Assembly: GCA_976551045.1 (NCBI GenBank)
Contig: CDPCPM010000073.1
Location: 28,086,001 to 28,150,000 of the forward strand
Length of the DNA stretch: 64,000 bases
DNA from: Glaucostegus cemiculus
Lineage: Eukaryota
Reading direction: 5' to 3'
The notes beneath the pieces were generated by a model. That model worked only from the letters and a program-made list of their open reading frames with translations, had not been told where the DNA came from and ran no database searches. The position numbers and the translations under genes are program-made. Within the stretch, counting starts at the first letter, position 1; each line of letters starts with the position of its first letter. This document shows, one piece after another, positions 22,765 to 36,300 of the stretch.

Positions 22765-23095
22765 TAGAACATACAGCATAACAGCACAGTACAGGCCCTT
22801 CAGCCTATGATGTTGTGCCAACATTTTATCCTGCTCTGATCCACCTAACCCTTCCATCCCACATAGTTCCCCCCGTCCCCCCACCCCCATTTTCCTAACA
22901 TTCATGTGCATATCTAAGAGTCTTTTAAATGTCCCTAATATATCTGCCTCCACCACCTCCGTCGGCAGGGCATTCCACGCACTCACCACTCTCTGTGTAA
23001 AAAACTTGACTCTGACATCCCCCTTCCTCCAATCACCTTGAAATTATGCTCATTCATGTGAGCCATTTTCACCCTACGAGAAAAGTCTCTAACAT
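22765..23095 (-). mobile_element. CR1 3' fragment
   Basis: Minus-strand VVSAWNALPTEVVEADILGTFKRLLD, plus CR1 tail. Confidence 0.85.
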
Positions 23096-23374
23096 CTAAT
23101 ATAATTTTAATCATCTAATACACAGTCAATATGCTTACAGAAAACATCTATAAGTTGCTGCTGAGGAAGATGTAATGAAAGGAATACACAATCATTAGGG
23201 CACAGTTTCACAAAAGTGTTGTCTAATAGGAATCACTGACTAACCTTAGGTAACTACAGTGACACTGTTTTAACCATATGGATTAATTTTAGTAGAGAAC
23301 ATCTTAGACAAATGACAGGATTGTGTACATCCATGCAGCAAATATCCTCCACTATCACTGTAAAACTTTGCATA

Positions 23375-25110
23375 TAGAACACAGCATACTACAGCACTAG
23401 ACATGCTATACGGCCTACAATGTTATGCCAACTTTAGAAACATAGAACATAGAAAACCTACAGCACAATTCAGGCCCTTCGGCCCACAAAGCTATGCCGG
23501 ATATGTCCCTACCTTAGGAATTACTAGGTTTACCAATAGCCCTCTATTTTGCTCAACTCCATGTACCTATCCAAAAGTATCTTAACCGACCTTATCATAT
23601 CCACGTCCACCACTGTTGCCAGTACCCCATTCCACGCACTCACTCACGCATCTTGATGCCAATTTGTACCATATGTCCTCCTCCTGTGTATCATCCATAT
23701 CCTTACATTTCCTTGATGCTCATGTGTCTATCTAAAAGCTTCTTAAACTCCAGCAAACTGCCTGCTTCCACTACTACCCCTGGTAACCTATTCCAGGCAT
23801 CTACTGCTCTCTGCGTAAAAATAATTTGCCCCTCATGTCGCCTTTAAAAGCTTGTCCTCCGGTGTTTGACATTTCTACCCTGGGAAAAAGATTCTGACTG
23901 CCTACTCTATCTATGCCTCTCATAATTTTAAAAACCTCTATCAGGTCTCCCCTCAGCCTCCAACTCTCTAGGGAGAACAAACTAAGTTTCTGCAACCTTT
24001 CCTTGTAGCTCATACCCTCTAATTCAGGCAGCATCCTGATAAACCTCTCCTTCACCCTATCCACAGTATCCTTCCTGTAATGGGGCTACCAGAACTGCAT
24101 GCTATACTCCAAGTGCGGTCTGACTAAAGTTTTATATAGCTGCAGCATGACTTCCTTACTGTTATACTCAACAACCCTACCAATGAAGGCAAGCATGCCA
24201 TATGACTTCTTTACCACCATATCCACTTGTGTAGCCATTTACAGTGAACAATGAACCTGGGCCTCAATATCGTTCTATACCTCAAAGCTATTAAGTGGTC
24301 TACCACTAACTTTCATTTGATCTCCCAAAGTGCAATACCTCACACCTGCCTGAATTAAACTCCATCTGCCTCTTCTCTGCCCATATCTATAACTGATCTA
24401 TATAAGATAAGATCTTTATTACTCACTTGTACATCAAAACACACAGTGAAATACATCTTTTATGTAGTGATTTTGGGGGGCAGCCCGTAAGTGTCACCAT
24501 GCTTTCGGCACCAACATAGCATGCCCATAATTTCCTAACCTATACGTCTTTGGAATGTGGGAGAAAACCAGTGCACCCGGAGGAAATCCACACAGACACG
24601 GGGAGAACGTACAAACTCCTTACAGACAGTGGCTGGATTTGAACCCTGATTGCTGGCAATGTAAAGCATTGTGCTAACCACTATGCTACCGTGCCGTCCT
24701 ATGCTGTACTCTTTGATAATCCTTTACACTGTCCACAACTCCACCAATCTTGGTGTCATCCACATACTTGCTAATCCACCCATCTACATTTTCACCCGCA
24801 TCACTGATATGCATAACAAACAACAGGTCCCAGCACCGACCCTTGCAGAACAACACTGGTCACGGTTCTCCAGCCAGAATAACAGCCTTCCACCCTGCTC
24901 TGTCTTCTAACTTGCAATTCATCCTGGATCCCGTGCATCTCTATCTTCTGAATCAGCCTACCATGAGGGACCTTGTCAAATGCCTTACTAAAGTCCATGT
25001 AGATAACGTCCACTGCCTTACCCTCATCAAGCTCATTTGTCACCTCCTCAATCAAATTTATATGGCATGACCTACCCCGCACAAAGCCATGCTGACTGCC
25101 CCCAAGCATG
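23375..25110 (-). mobile_element. Nested CR1 fragments (at least two 3' ends plus an RT region)
   Basis: (AGAACAT)n tails at ~23375 and ~23437. Minus-strand RT motifs QHGFVRGRSC, DVIYMDFSKAFDKVPHGRL, RLRGDLIEVFKIMRG. Confidence 0.85.
24403..24696 (-). mobile_element. V-type SINE (same family as 2873-3163) inserted into CR1
   Basis: The reverse complement aligns end to end with 2873-3163. The host CR1 sequence resumes on both sides. Confidence 0.88.
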
Positions 25111-25714
25111 ACATTTGCTACTCTCCAGTCCAATGGGACCTTGCCTATTACAGTCCTTCACTTTCACCAAGTTTGGAATTCTGCAATGAATTAATCAAAC
25201 ACAGCATATCTTGGTACAACTTCTAGAATATTACCCAGCTGTTTTAGGTGGTACAGAAGAATATTGCTTTACACGCAAAGGCATGCTAAACCACGACCAC
25301 TACTCCCCCACCCCTCCCCAGCTTTCCATTAAAGAAGTGGTTGGATGTTGGTTTCCCTTTACCTTAATGTTCCCTGTTGGAACTGCTTATATTGATAAAT
25401 TCCTTTTTCTTTGGCCTGTGTGGTTATTCTTACAGAAACTGAGCCTGAGGACAGCTCCCCTCTCTGAAGAATATAGTTTGCTGTTGTTTCCATGTTGCTG
25501 AAGTCTGGTGTATTAACCAATGATAAGCACCATGTTAGCAGATAACCAAATTGCAGTAACCAATGATGTGGAGCACACGACAATCAAAAAAAGCTCAAAG
25601 GCAGCTTTTCAACATATCATTTTATCAACAAACGTATAAAGACGTTACAGTACATGTACACATTGTGTACTATTGAATCTAATTCCACCAGCTTTCCACA
25701 CATCATTTTCCACT

Positions 25715-26052
25715 GCACAGTGATACAGCCAGTAGAGCCACTGCCTCACGGTGCCAGAGATCCAGGTTCAATCCTGACTTTGGGTGCTGTCTGTGTGGAG
25801 TTTGCATGTTCTTGTTTCCTCCAGCTGCTCCAATTTCCTCCCACATCCCAAAACCATGCAGGTTGATAGGTAACTGGCCACTGTAATTTGCCCTTAGTGA
25901 GTAGGTAAGTGGTAGAATCAGGGATGAGTTGATGAATATGTTGGGAAAATACTGTATGGGATTAATGTAGGATTAGTGTAAGTGAGTAGTTAATGGTTGA
26001 CATGGACTCATTGAGCTGAAGGTCAGCTTCCGTGTATAACTCTATGACTATG
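25715..26052 (+). mobile_element. Older HE1-like V-SINE with CR1 tail
   Basis: B box GGTTCAATCC, core GTCTGTGTGGAGTTTGCA..TTTCCTCC...TTTCCTCCCACATCCCAAA, tail ATGGACTC..TG.GCTGAAGG...CTCTATGAC. Confidence 0.75.
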
Positions 26053-26054
26053 AA

Positions 26055-26350
26055 AGAGAATTTTTCCCATTTCACAGCTAGTTTCTTTTCTAATCATCTT
26101 AAGTACATTTTCTCTGATCACTAATGCTGTTTTGTTAGTGGAAACAGTTTCCTCATCATGACTCCTCATAATTTTGAAGGCCTCCATTATATTTCCCCTT
26201 AATCTTCCTGCAGTAAGGTCCAGTTTCTCTAATGCCTCCACATAACTGATTTCCATCATATCTGTTATCATTTGATTAAATCTACTCTGCACTCTCTCCA
26301 AAATTGTGGCAACCCTTCAAAAGTGGAACATCCAGAACTGGACATTGTGT
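26055..26350 (-). mobile_element. Degenerate CR1 fragment
   Basis: Minus-strand LERVQSRFNQMI....SYVEALEKL...RLRGNIMEAFKIMR. Confidence 0.7.
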
Positions 26351-27283
26351 TTCATCTAAGTGGTTATTCTATTTAAACAACATTAATATAAATATTCCTG
26401 AATAAAATTTTCTGGAAACCAGCTTAATACATTCCTTAATAATCTTGAAAGATTGTACTCAAATGAAGAAAAGAATATACAATACAGCACATTAATACAC
26501 CTTCTATCCATTGGATAGCACACCTTCTTCTACACCCACTCCAGTCTTTAAGTGCTAAGTCCTGGGACCACTTTCCACCATAATTTCTCCTCACACTTTC
26601 TACTTTCATGAGTGCACCTGAATAATGAAATTGGTGTTATCATTGCAAGACCATATCAACAATTTTCAATCGGGCAATTCAAAAGAAGAAACATCCCTTT
26701 GATGACCATCTCCCACGGTAAAATGAATAGATCACCTGATTTCATCAAAATTGATTGATACAAGCATGATTTTAAAAAAAGCTTGTAAGAGTTCCTGTAT
26801 AAGAATCTAACCTTACAATGAATCAAAAGTAAAGCAATGTTTGGGAGTTTCTCTTCTGGAGTCCACTAACTTAAAATTTTGCATTAGATTTTGTGGTGTC
26901 ATTCCAGAGACCTCAAAAAGCAATGGTTTTGGAAGACGTCAATAATAAGACAGTGTTCATTGAAATATTAATAAGTTCAATGACAACACCACAGTCGGTG
27001 ACAATCTAATAAGCTGTGATAATATCAACCCATGGAGTCAGTTAATGTGATCTAGTTTTAATAATTCTGTTAGGGTTTTTGGTACAATTCTCTTGGAATT
27101 ACAAATGATATACATGTTCTTCAGGCACAGATTATCACACAAAATGTGAAATGTTCAGTCATAAATAGGGCTAATGATCTAGGTTAAAACAACAGAGGAT
27201 CATCTGTATGTTTTAGTGTAGAATTTTGCAGATGAAGGAGTTAAAAGTACAATTTATTGTGCAGTTAATTAGAATGAATTTAT

Positions 27284-29770
27284 GAACATAGAACATAGAC
27301 ATAGAACATAGAACAATACAGCACAGAACAGGCCCTTCGGCCCATCAAGCTGTGCCATCCTACAAACAACTCCCAAACTAACTCTTTCCACCCTCATATC
27401 CTACTATTCCACATTCTTCCATGTGCTTATCTAACAATCTCTTAAAACTGTCCAACGTATCTGCCTCCACTACCACCCCAGGCAGTGCATTCCATGCACC
27501 AACCACTCTCTGGGTGAAAAACTTCCCTCTGACATCTCCCCTATACTTTCCACCAATTATCTTAAAGGCATGCCCTCTCGTCTTGAGCATCTGCACTCTG
27601 GGAAAGAGGCGCTGACTATTAACTCTATCTATTCTTCTCAATATCTTATCTATCAAGTCCCCTCTCATCCTCCTCCTCTCTAATGAGTAGAGCCCTAGCA
27701 CCTTCAGCCTCCCTCTATATTCCATACCCTCCAATCCAGGCATCATCCTGGTAAATTGCCTCTGCACCCTCTCCAACGCCTCCACATCCTTCCTATAATG
27801 CGGCGACCAGAACTGAACACAATATTCCAAGTGCGGCCTAACTAGAGTTTTGTAAAGCAGCATCATCACCTCTCTGCTCTTGAACTCAATCCCTTTATTT
27901 ATAAAAGCCAACATCCCATAAGCCTTCTTAACAGCCCTATCCACCTGCGAGGCAACTTTGAGTGAACTGTGGATATGAACCCCCAGATCCCTCTGCTCCT
28001 CTACACTGCCAAGAACCTTGCCATTTACCTTATACTCTGTCCTGGAGTTTGTCCTCCCAAAGTGCACCACCTCACACTTCTCCGAATTAAACTCCATCTG
28101 CCACCTGTCAGTCCAGTTCTGCATCCTATCAATATCCCCCTGTAAGCTCCTACAGTCCTCCACACTATCTACCACACCACCGATCTTGGTGTCATCTGCA
28201 AACTTACCAACCCATCCCTCCACTCCTTCATCTAAATCATCTATGAATATAACAAAGAGTAGAGGCCCCAGAAATGATCCCTGCGGGACTCCACTAGTCA
28301 CAGCCCTCCAATCCGAGGGCACTCCCTCCACCATAACCCTCTGCCTTCTACAGGAAAGCCAATTTCTTATCCACACAGCCAACCTCCCCTGGATACCTCG
28401 ACCTCTGATCTTCTGAAGAAGCCTGCCATGAGGAACCTTATCGAACGCCTTACTAAAATCCATATACACTACATCCACCGCCCTGCCCTCATCAAGCTTC
28501 CTCGTCACCTCCTCAAAGAACTCTATCAGGCTCGTGAGGCAAGATCTTCCCTTCACAAAGCCATGCTGACTGTCCCTAATCAGTCCATGACTCTCCAAGT
28601 GCTCATAGATCCTATCCCTCAAAATCCTTTCCAACAGCTTACCTACCACAGACGTGAGACTCACCGGTCTGTAATTTCCCAGACTATCTCTACTGCCCTT
28701 CTTAAACAAGGGAACAACATCCGCTACCCGCCAATCCTCCGGCACCATCCCCGTGGACAACGAGGACTCAAAGATCCTCACCAGCGGATCAACAATCTCC
28801 TCCCTCGCCTCCCGAAGCAGCCTGGGGAATATTCCATCAGGCCCCGGAGACTTATCAGTCTTGATATTACTTAACAATTTCATCACCTTCTCCCTCTCTA
28901 TAGCTACATACTCAAGAACATTACCCTTGTCAGCATTCACCGTCACATCATCAAGGCCCCACTCCTTGGTGAATACAGAGGAGAAGTATTCATTTAGTAC
29001 CTCCCCTACCTCTGCCGCCTCCAGGCACATCCTCCCACCTTTGTCCTTAATAGGACCTACCTTTACCCTAGTCATTCTCTGCCCTTCACATAAGAGAAAA
29101 AAGCCTTGGGATTTTCCTTAACCCTACGAGCCAACATCTTTTCATGTCCCCTTCTAGCTCTCCTCAGCTCTTTCTTAAGTTCCCTTCTCACTATACTATA
29201 CTCCTCACGGGCCACATCAGAGCCTTGCCGCTTACACCTTACGTAAGCCTCCTTCTTCCTCCTAACCAATCTTTCCACCTCTCTTGTCACCCACGGTTCC
29301 TTCACTATTCCATTCTTCCTCCGTCTTGCCGGAACATATTTGTCCCCAACATCCTGTAAAACATCCCTGAACAACGTCCACATCTCTACAGTACACATCC
29401 CCTCAAAAAGGACTTCCCAATTTACATTCCCAAGCTCTTTCCTTATAGCCTCATAGTCTGCCCTACCCCAAGTGAATATCTTCCTATGCTCCCTGCACCT
29501 ATGCCTGTCCATGACAATTCTAAAGCTTATCGAGGAATGATCACTGTCTCCCAGAGGCTCGCCCACTAGTAGATCTCTCACCTGTCCCGGTTCATTTCCT
29601 AAAACCAGATCCAACACAGCATTCCCTCTAGTCGGTTTGTCAACATACTGCTCCAGAAATCCATCCTGGACACACTTAACAAACTCATTCCCATCCAAAC
29701 CTCTGGCACTGAGCATGTCCCAGTCTATATTCGGGAAGTTGAAATCACCCATTATTACAACCCTATTATG
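27284..29770 (-). mobile_element. Young 5'-truncated CR1 LINE (~2.5 kb; APE C-terminus + complete RT), ORF2 broken by one frameshift
   Basis: ORFs 29072-29752 (GDFNFP, RGNAVLDLVL, SDH) and 27378-29075 (YRPVSLTS, QHGF, DFSKAFDKV, GVPQGS, FADD, RPHLEYCVQFW). They join if one A is restored at ~29078 (KGKRMTR). Tail (TATGTTC)n at 27284-27315. Confidence 0.95.
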
Positions 29771-31876
29771 CTTTCAGCATTACAGATGCCAACAAACAGG
29801 TTAGAGATTACACTTTAACTGTATTTGGTTTTGAGAAATGTTCACACAATGGAAGCAGGAAGTTCCTGCTTCAAACATAAACTATATTAATAATACAAAT
29901 TTGAAAACATGGAACATACTTTTATTTTAAATCCTGTAACACAAAAGAGGGAAGATATGGTCAGTACAAGATTTTCTTTGGCGTAGTGCTGGACTAACAA
30001 ATTCATTTGCTCAATACTCTGATTTCAGCAGAGTAGGCTTTGTAATTTAATCTACATAATTAGTATGCAAATCCAACTCTGACTCACTCGATTTCCAGAA
30101 ATGTCTGCTTTCACCAAGGTAGACCATAATTTAGACCACAAGTTAGACCACCCTTTATTGTTGCCTCATTACCTTAGAGCACTGAGATCATTACTAACCC
30201 TTCCAGGTTAATCCCAATTTAGAAAAGACTGCCAACATCATGGTTACTTACCTGATCTATGTTGCCAGTACATTGATTCTTTTATGTATTCTTTGGACCA
30301 TTCTTTCAGTGCAAAAGGGCAAAAATTAACTTTAGCACTTAGAGTTACTGATACAAGTGCCTTTAGCAGTCTTATCAGTTCCCAAATCCTGCACTATTTG
30401 TCAGTTTGAAGTAAGTTCTCAGTAACCGCTTTCATTGCCAGGAGCAAACTAGAAGGAAGTGATCAGAGACTCAAATAATATTCACATTTGGGCCTTTCTA
30501 GGATTGTGTTGGTGAGGTGCTTGCACTTTAGAATAAGTTAGCTTTGTGGTGAAGTGAGAAACCACCAATTACATGACAGAGTCCAGCCAGAGGAAGAAAG
30601 CTAAGACAAGGTGTTTGGGGAGAGGGCCAATTACAGAGAAGACTAGGGTCAGACATTGTGTCGGTGTAATGGTGATGGAATGGGGAGGGGGCTGTTGGGC
30701 AGGGGAGTGCAATTTCTGTGCATCGAATAGAGAATAATGCTCACCTTGGCTTCACAAGATCACTTAAGGTGAATCAAGATCAATTTTTTCCCGTATTTGC
30801 TTTGGTTTTCTTTCCTGTTTATTGATCCACTTTAAAAATCATGGATTAGACTTATTCTTGACAAGTGTAATGTGTAGGACAATCCTAGCAGGCACTTCCT
30901 GCATCTTAATACTTCAAACCTACATCCTGGTCAAACTGATTTAAGGGGAGCCAAATTTGTGTACATGGAAGATTATGGTGATTTCCCAAGCCACTTATCT
31001 CACTCAGTTTGGGGGGTGACCCACATATGGGCAGGATCAAGGCTTGATAATTATGATATCTTCCTATTATAGATCCCAACAAAGGGGACAGGGTGGGTAA
31101 ATGTGAAGATTGTTCCCTGTATCTTTTCCCAACTGAATTTATATCATTTGGATTATATCACCATTGGCTGTTGAAAATATATATATGTTTTTAAATAAGA
31201 GACAAAGGCAAAGAAGAGAAAATCAGATATATAAAGTTAGTCCTAATCCTTATTACCAACTTATTTCTTAAAAAGTGATCTTAATTAGGTGTTTTCTTTA
31301 AGCATGACACAGTTCAGTGATAAAGGTGGCTAAGTAGTAACAAGCATCAGATAACAAATTAGTAAGAAAGTGAAATGTGTAAGTGCTATTTGTTTTAATT
31401 ATAGTTTTACATATTCTATAACAATTCTGTTCCATTTTAGATTTTCGGTGAAACATTTGAGTACATTGGAAAGTAAACAATCTACTGTAGAACCTAACAG
31501 CAATCATGTTCTTGAAACAATATAATGGGATACATTTGAATCTGACATCAATTTTTTGAGCCTATCATGTGTCAAGCAATGTATTGAAGGAATTGGAGGT
31601 TTAGAAATTTAATAAATCACTTATCAAAGACACTCCAGTCATTTTATGATGTATTCTGTCCTAACTTTTCTTTTAATTGTCTTCACTTAAAACAGCACCA
31701 TTTTGGCTCTATGTCTTGTGACAGAGAAATAAGAGTGTTTTGAAACAAACTCGACAGAGTGAATATAAGATTAATGTTATCAGATGACAGCATCTGACAG
31801 AAAAGTAAAGCCAGTACTGAGTTTCAGAGATTTATATATTTCTTGATTTTGAATGCTGTTACTTTAAGACCTTTGA

Positions 31877-32215
<339 letters not shown>

Positions 32216-32224
32216 TGAACATCA

Positions 32225-32495
32225 TTTAGGAATAGGGATCAATTATTTAGGACTGAGATGAGGAAGGACTTCTTTACTCAGACTATGGCAAATCTTTGGA
32301 ATTTTTTAGCCTGGGGCTGTGAATGCTTAGCTAGTAAGTATAATTGAGGCTGAGCTTGACAGATTTTTGCGCAGTAAGGGAATCGAGATATATGGTAATC
32401 ATATAAGAATTCAGAGCTGAAGTAGAGGAACAACCATGATCTTACTGAATAGCAAATCATGCTTCTGCTACTGCTTCTAACTCTTATGTCCTCAA
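32225..32495 (+). mobile_element. Degenerate CR1 3' fragment
   Basis: TTTAGGACTGAGATGAGGAAG.A.TTCTT.ACTCAG...TGGAATT. Confidence 0.75.
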
Positions 32496-35400
32496 CTAAG
32501 ATTAGAATTATAAATATTGAAGACTTTTAGCTCTATGTGTAATTGGATTCTTTTAAACAATTCCAATAACACAAAATTATAAAAACAAAACCCAACCAGG
32601 CAAAGAATATTGATTGCCTTGTTACATACACTTAGTTGTTTCTTTTATTTTGGTTAAAATTTCTAAAATTTTCCTTTAATATCTGGGCAACATGGTACTA
32701 TTAACTCTGCATAATTTGCATTTCTATTTAATGTAATTATTCTATGATAGCCAGTCTGGAATGATAATTGATTGTAATCTGTACAAAAAAAATGCCATAA
32801 ATCACAGGAGTAACAGCCTAAGGTTAGTAGTATTCTCCAAAATACAGGATTATGTTACAGCTTTAAAATTCATCTAATTTATTTCCATACACATAGTAAG
32901 TTTAACATGCTTTTAAGTTCCAAGTTTCTTCAGAAATGAATAGAAAAAATGGACATCAACCTTGCTTAGTAGAGTTAAGAAAGATAGTCAACAGTTTATT
33001 TGAAGAAATGGAGATGGTGACGTAGGAATTTAATAAAGGAATACTATAATGTAGAGTTCAGAAACTGAATACCATGTCACCCACTGTGAAGTTAAAGGGT
33101 GAGGGTTGTCCAGAGCGCCAGTGAAATTTGAGCATCTGGATAAGAATTTGACGTTTAATTTGCTGGAGGACAGGTAATCACTCCAAAGCAAGGAATCTAG
33201 GAATAATGGATGAGTGGGATTTAATGAGATGTAAGCAGCAAATTTTTCAATGATTTGTAGTTTCTGGAAAGCGGAGCTTATTTGAGTGGCAATGAAGTTA
33301 GTGGGGGAATTGATCCTAAAGATGATTGGGCATGGGTGGGATTTTCAGCTGTAGTTTATACACTATAGAACAGAGGGGATAATGCTCCAGATGTGAAGGT
33401 ATTGGTACTATTTAAGATGAAGAGACATATGACCTTTGCTGTGTCCAGCTGAATGCAGTGACAGTGTACAGCTTGGTTATGTCCAAACCAATAAACAGAA
33501 GTCAGAGCCAAGGATAGGAAAAGAAATATCTTCAGCCTTCCTGATACAAATCAATTTCAGTCATGAGTTAATGCCAGACAGATCACCCATCAGCCCACAG
33601 AGAGATAGCAGTGTGGGCTAGGGAAAATATGAGAGGTGGAACAGGTTGTTCTTGATTTACAAATGAAAACCAGATCTATGGCTATGGATAATGGCATTGT
33701 ATGAATGAAAAGAATGGGTCAGCAGAACAACAGAGCTGCCCATTCGTGGATGGGGTCAGACCCCATTTCTGTACAAGGGTATTGGACTGCTGGGAGTGGA
33801 TTTATGCAAGGGCCTAACTACAGAGTAAAAAGGCAGGAGCAATTGCATTGAATGCATTAGAGAAGTTGAGGAGGAATAGAGTTTCACAAACATAGTCACT
33901 GATGACCTTGGCACTGTAAGATACTGGAGCTGTGAGCAGAATGGAAATAGAATGAATAAATAGCTTGATCATTGTTGATCTGATTTAATCAGATGGGGAA
34001 AGGGTGATAAAGGGACTGCAGATGCTGGAATCTGGAGCAACACCAAAGGCGCTGGAGGAACTCAGTGAGTCAGGCTGCATCTATGCAGGGGAATGGACAG
34101 TCGACATTTCGGGTCAAGTTCCTTCATCTTTATCTGGAGATAAAGAGGCATTTGGAGAGGATAAATGTGCAGGGGTTTTTTTTGAGGGACAAATTCATGA
34201 TTTGTCTTTGAAAAGATGAGGGTATTACCTTAATAAAGAGAGCCAATTATGATGTTGGATAATATTGGGACCAAGAAATGTATTTGAACAGTCAAGAATT
34301 AATACTATTAGAGGGCAGAATATTGGTCTCATGGAAGAGATAACCTTGAAAGGTGTAAAGTAAGATGGGAGTGAAGACATGGGCTGAATAGGATAATTAA
34401 GAATTGGTGTGATCAGGACAGAGGTGGAGGAATTTGAAGATTAGGCAGATCCATAAAGGATCTCAGTCCTTGGAATTGGTGTTGAAGCAGATGTTCTAGT
34501 CTGTGGGGAAGGAAGTTTGAAGAGGTAGATATCATTATGTTTTGAGGTTTATTCAGCTGGGCTTTGCATACTAAAATAATTACTCCAGCTGTTATACAGA
34601 CAGCTATTTGCCCCATGGTATCCACGTACTTCTAAGGACATTATCTGGCCCTGTTCACATATCCATTCAAACTTTTTATTCATCCAATCTCTTATATAAT
34701 AGCATGAAGGTATTAACTGTACATCTAATATACATTGCATGTGTGTGTTCTTTTGTGCATAACAAACCACAAATGCTAAGACAAACATTATCAATGTCGC
34801 TACAAAATAGTCAACAATCTAGCCCAATAAATATGAGCAATTTTATGTTGTTCGAGAAAGCCACAAACATTGTATTTAACGAGTAAATGACTAGCTGCTA
34901 TCTTTCATGAGTCAGACTATATAATTTTAAACAGATGTTGTAAGTGATGTTTACTGACTTCCAGAGTTTCATTTAAACAATATAATTATATAGTCATATT
35001 TAAAAAGCTTTATAATACTTTTACCTAGAAAGTGCATTTTACGCTTATTTGATGTGCTGAACAGGTGATGCATTCAATGCTAACACCCAATTATGGAAAA
35101 ATAAGAAAATTGTGAAAATTTACTTATAAAAAGTTGTTAAGGTGGTTTTCACACTGAATAATTTATTATAATGCAACCTGTACATTTCCCAGCTGCAGCT
35201 GCCTACAGAACTTGCTGTTTCACTGCTGCCAAGTCTTTACCATGAAAGAGCATGGGACAGGATTATCAGCACCAGAGAACCCTCTCTATGGCAGCCACAG
35301 TTCAGCAATGCAAAGGACTGCCATGGAGAGGACACAGTGTACATGTCTTCAGTGGATGTGGGCAATTGACTTCATAAATTGAGTCCCTTGCTGCTAGTGG

Positions 35401-35924
35401 CTCACATCACTTCAAGGCATGGGCTCATTATTCAGATAGATCCCACAGAATATCTGTACTTCTAACAGTTTTGAAGATCTGTAGTAAGTACCAAGAGACC
35501 CAGAAATTATATAATATGCGCGTCATTCAAAATGCAGGCCAGCACAGGCAGATCGCAACACTCTGGTGTTCCAGTCAGGGTCCTTTAATTCACATCTCCT
35601 AGCAGACTTGCTGCAAGATTTGCTCCTTGTTTTACTGGGAGATATAAATAAAACCACAGGTTCAGCATTATTGCTCCAATTTCCATTGGTAAGGCAGAGA
35701 TATGTATTTGCACACATTAATTACATCATCACATACACAAATTATAACAGAGGGTTAAGATGAATAATACCTAGGAAGGGTCAGATCCATAATCTTTCAT
35801 CAGAATCAGAATACTGAAATGTGTAAAAGGCAGTACCAATACTTGTGCAAAAATATCTGACACAATATTAAGCCAAGCCATTTTTCAGGTGGTTCTAATG
35901 TTGTCTGAAGCAGGCATTAGGCCT

Positions 35925-36300
35925 GGTATTGCTTTATTATTGTCACATGTACTGAGATACATTAAAAAAAACTTTGTTTTGCAAGCTATCCATGCAGAAC
36001 ATTTCAAAACATAAGTACTTTGAGGTTGTACAAGGAAAAAGCAATAAGAGAATGCAGAATAGTTTTACAGTTACAGGGAAAGTGCAGTGAAGGTAGATTG
36101 TGAGGTCAAAAGTTTATCTTGAATGTACAAGGGGTCCATTCAAGAATCTTGTAACAGCAGGATAGAAGCTGTCCTCAAGCCTGGTGATGTGTGTTTTCAA
36201 GCTTTTGTATCTTCTGTTCAATGAAACGGGGGGGAGAAGAGAGTATGTCTGGGGTGAGAGGCGCCTTTGATTATACTGGCTGCTTTTCTGAGGCAATGTA
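35925..36300 (-). mobile_element. Rex1/Babar LINE 3' fragment
   Basis: Minus-strand RRYKSLKTHITRLEDSFYPAVTRFLN. Tail GTACATGTGACAATAATAAAGC. Confidence 0.8.

Noticed and set aside
28018-29359. Several 70-150 aa plus-strand ORFs
   Set aside because: Antisense shadows of the CR1 ORF2.
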